Assembly: GCA_965644315.1 (NCBI GenBank)
Contig: CBFFRQ010000114.1
Location: 1-48,219, forward strand
DNA from: Caecitellus pseudoparvulus
Lineage: Eukaryota > Protista > Bigyra: Bicosoecida
Reading direction: 5' to 3'
Length of the DNA stretch: 48,219 bases
Below the pieces are notes generated by a model. The model saw nothing but the letters and a program-made list of their open reading frames with translations, did no database searches and was not told where the DNA came from. How positions within the stretch are numbered: position 1 is the stretch's first letter; every line of letters begins with the position of its first letter. Below, in pieces: positions 47,301 to 48,219 of the stretch. Made by a program: the position numbers and the translations under genes.

Positions 47301-48110
47301 GGTGGAGAGAAGCGTTCAAGCAGTCGAGCAAAGAGAGCAAGGTTGTCTTCTTTCTGTAGAGCAGGGGGGGATCCAGCTGGGTTGATTGCCTGGACGTCAG
47401 AGTCGGATGAGTCATGTGTGTCCTCCAGCTTCTTGCTCTTCAGTGACAGGTATGCACGCCTTGCGCCCTGAATCGCGGCTGCATGGTGCAGCATGACAAG
47501 GTCTTCTGCTTGCAGGAACTGTTCACCGGCAGCTGATTCGATGCACGCTTGCACACAGTGCAGTCCGTCTTTGTTCCCAAAGACATGGCTTCCTGACAGA
47601 AGTGGGGCGACGAGGTTTCCTTCTTGAAGGGGATGCTTCGGAAGAACGCCTGGCTGTCGGGAGCAGTCCTGGAGCTTCAGTATATGTGTCCGACAGCGAT
47701 GGCCCGGAGTCTCTGTTGCACAGGATGCAGCAGCTCCAGACTGCTCTTGCTTGGCATGCATCTCCTCCACAGGTGGTGACATGGCCTCAGAGCATTGCGG
47801 GCTCGAAGGAGCAGGTGGTGGCGATGAGCTATGGGGGAACAGCTTGTCCCATCGTGTGCCTGCTCCGGAGCGTACACGTGAGGAGGGAAGTGTCTCATGG
47901 AGAGGCTCAGGTTTGGGAGAGGTAGTTGGCGCTCGTTTTGCAGTGACGAAGACTCCTTTGCCACTGGTGCTCCTGTCCTCAGGTGGGGTTTTGAAGAGGT
48001 CAGCAAACGTGCGCCGTGGTGCTTGAAGACTTGACGGAGATGCTTGCTGCCTCTTGCCACGTCTTGTTTTCTTTCGATGGCCGTCTTGCATGATTGGTTT
48101 GTCTTTCCCA
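41319..48110 (-). mobile_element. Telomere-associated non-LTR retrotransposon, copy 2 (diverged subfamily, 5'-truncated)
   Basis: 3' end aggttagacagtcaatgcattgca at 41319-41342, a ~0.85 kb 3' UTR and an intact APE+RT ORF. The 5' end is cut at 48110 where copy 3 begins. Confidence 0.9.
42176..48091 (-). CDS. Retrotransposon polyprotein (putative Cys protease, APE, RT, CCHC), N-terminally truncated
   Basis: SWNV, CLTE, GDLN, LDHIL, SDH; FVDFKGAFDTV, GVPQGGALSPLLF, YADD (~44228); CPLC...H...C. The first Met (MQDGHRKK) aligns to internal KDGRRQKK of copy 1. Confidence 0.93.
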   Translation of the reverse strand: MQDGHRKKTRRGKRQQASPSSLQAPRRTFADLFKTPPEDRSTSGKGVFVTAKRAPTTSPKPEPLHETLPSSRVRSGAGTRWDKLFPHSSSPPPAPSSPQCSEAMSPPVEEMHAKQEQSGAAASCATETPGHRCRTHILKLQDCSRQPGVLPKHPLQEGNLVAPLLSGSHVFGNKDGLHCVQACIESAAGEQFLQAEDLVMLHHAAAIQGARRAYLSLKSKKLEDTHDSSDSDVQAINPAGSPPALQKEDNLALFARLLERFSPPDSSLRSSTPPVLLPGLHILLEELNRGYKQLHGESPSLKGEVNINSVRKESNHAKFFEDVHFSFALSAPEGSDTAHLMLVLVDTERDLLVMWNPDEPTQSTAVPITNCFERLYSEGITTLYRVSVSKPTGSPAPLRDRMKQAIANLKERYPPIPFVDEDGTVHMKTYIASKATRVVLPCGRTTRRQTATAEHVRTNDPLRKLLPVSIPAHGQTWAQSPHTPIGRTSTTHVGLVSWNVASSGGNHLHELIMCARSVINRSARLVMCLTEPGGRGDLDTEVLGLQCFRPSPPQRPHGRSEVAMLLDRRLNASPLTGLSIDGRCLVACSIPCTPLPLAVIGAYVPNWHTAQRKKALADPDTKLPHRQEVWEQLSDAVQSLRHTHMIVLMGDLNCHPGDSGMTCWSSDAWENKTGVPDPTVDVEVFDTLCREGELRPAGKSGHSTQASFKRALDHILVCPRLAAHIKHSLKVTTTFSRAGKRDPSKLAFSDHHLLSASVVVRLHGPLKQQRLPRGQASAPPWWPSSSQAGVKAQLYFKTAVNRAIHIASATPPTNPSAHLSELDAIIGHTAHEAHSCCKASTKEQLQVLTDVRKFSALKKKLTARVARMRKVLARTQRRHTLLMNSSEEEQRTKARRVWEHQQMLQEDIDGTQRQRKQAMRRCSRLAAKKHRTALHQVKQRLRELIHIDPFAAHTHIRQLSGRRRHGRAVPLQSVYSTEGDLVTSPHLVKSAVHEQMTRIIGPKENRVVPLQFGLSRFLPGNSPHFKPPDTWLPMEDGVVSHIDKLNLHRSPGSGTYQSEHLKYSPLPVKRKYARVLLEALQKGLPPVSYHKGIGTLIPKKTSQPGQVCTYRLIVCRPPPAKLFFSLVATCVENWMKTWISKEQAGFTRTRNTHEQILALQEATNEYVRVSADRAVMILFVDFKGAFDTVNHSAILEILTAANLPQPLLSCVKDYMKRASVAIQTAHGLCEPIPVTNGVPQGGALSPLLFKIAIDVLSQRLHELPQQGIAGAGIETPHGHITHTLYADDLACVATSPAAMLRMFQEVKALGERVGLSINPAKSGVMIVTSASTHRGVCATERRKGLWRSKWLKSGAKLQVKGVPIQRTSSYTYLGAPLSDNTNRTRVLAIRQASISCCQAGFSCGALLSGVWLDVALKHRMSVASITSAADYVLATQVRNSVLPLRDVDRGLAKALSKSQLGMQSSLLRMHNYSKLAVCGVLPAHIRATKHRVNIFKKLLKGIKRSTPATLALLYSLPHAIECLPPAIDMQFLVKTNIRLDKPAPNGVPESWALHGLLDLWLYGALPATADMTHHCTQPDAEDAGQTDGVDVCQGMDPSPPKIELLGLAAAEPSSLRWPPVFEASTPWVTRQHIVESYLHIATTVSCPEVLYSCASEIPRARRPKPYHIGPGARLFAWLHPIPSSVSPLLWICEGDQQKRVKVHLWQTLQVLHGEDLPTLFRECPLCHSRMWSSLHEHILLACPHPPLAESRAATLTSVLQLTLRSAEEGSSNPQPHRVGVPSLLVASLRRWEAGLYLRTPERKTMLRFLLLGQWPFRWGTAAELQHVSREQASVLSNPHLTLRNSEGPLLPPLYWKTMLVKAAEYSSSAWDECVKRMLKLTSEDFLPVQKHARYLWWAAHGRGSALPGSSTPLPSAVRKHTARVRARRFERTYYPVRSERRAPRSFSTQSTLFDVGVSRPDSPSSSGSDSE

Positions 48111-48208
48111 AGGGTTAGCTACTCAATGCATTGCAGATTGCCTCCATGCAGGCTACATCATGGTACAGCTTGGGCTTGGACATGTGGTGCCACCTGCGCC
48201 ACTCCTTT
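48111..48208 (-). mobile_element. Retrotransposon copy 3: ~100-bp 3'-terminal stub
   Basis: agggttagctactcaatgcattgca...cctcca...gcttgggc...acatgtggtgc aligns with the first ~80 nt of copy 1 (ggttagctgttcaatgcattgca...cctcca...gcttgggc...acatgcggcgc). Confidence 0.8.
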
Positions 48209-48219
48209 GGTTAGGGTTA
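48209..48219 (+). repeat. Start of a probable terminal TTAGGG telomere tract
   Basis: The window ends in GGTTAGGGTTA. Only about 1.8 repeats are visible. Confidence 0.6.

Overview
GC-rich, intron-poor eukaryotic (protist-like) DNA that reads as a subtelomere ending in TTAGGG repeats at the right edge. The left ~31.5 kb holds repeat-rich host genes: a Sel1-repeat protein built from near-identical ~0.6 kb tandem units, two paralogous ankyrin-repeat genes, a large FN3-like/Cys-rich protein, an LRR multi-pass receptor, an Ig-like/Cys-rich multi-pass protein and an RCC1-repeat type I membrane protein. Several carry frameshifts or in-frame stops. After an AT-rich island with a 114-bp palindrome, the right ~16.3 kb is a head-to-tail array of three 5'-truncated copies of a single-ORF non-LTR retrotransposon family on the minus strand. 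The two long copies encode a putative Josephin/papain-like protease, an APE endonuclease, RT and a CCHC knuckle. All three lack poly(A) tails and end in a conserved TGCAATGCATTGA-N4-CTAACC terminus joined to telomeric (TTAG)GGTTAG sequence. The third copy is a ~100 bp stub capped by telomere repeats. This is the best candidate for an undescribed system: a telomere-priming, chromosome-end-extending retroelement. A 1933-bp single-ORF IS5/PIF-Harbinger-like DDE transposon (24-bp TIRs, TA duplication) interrupts copy 1, and removing it in silico restores the retroelement reading frame.
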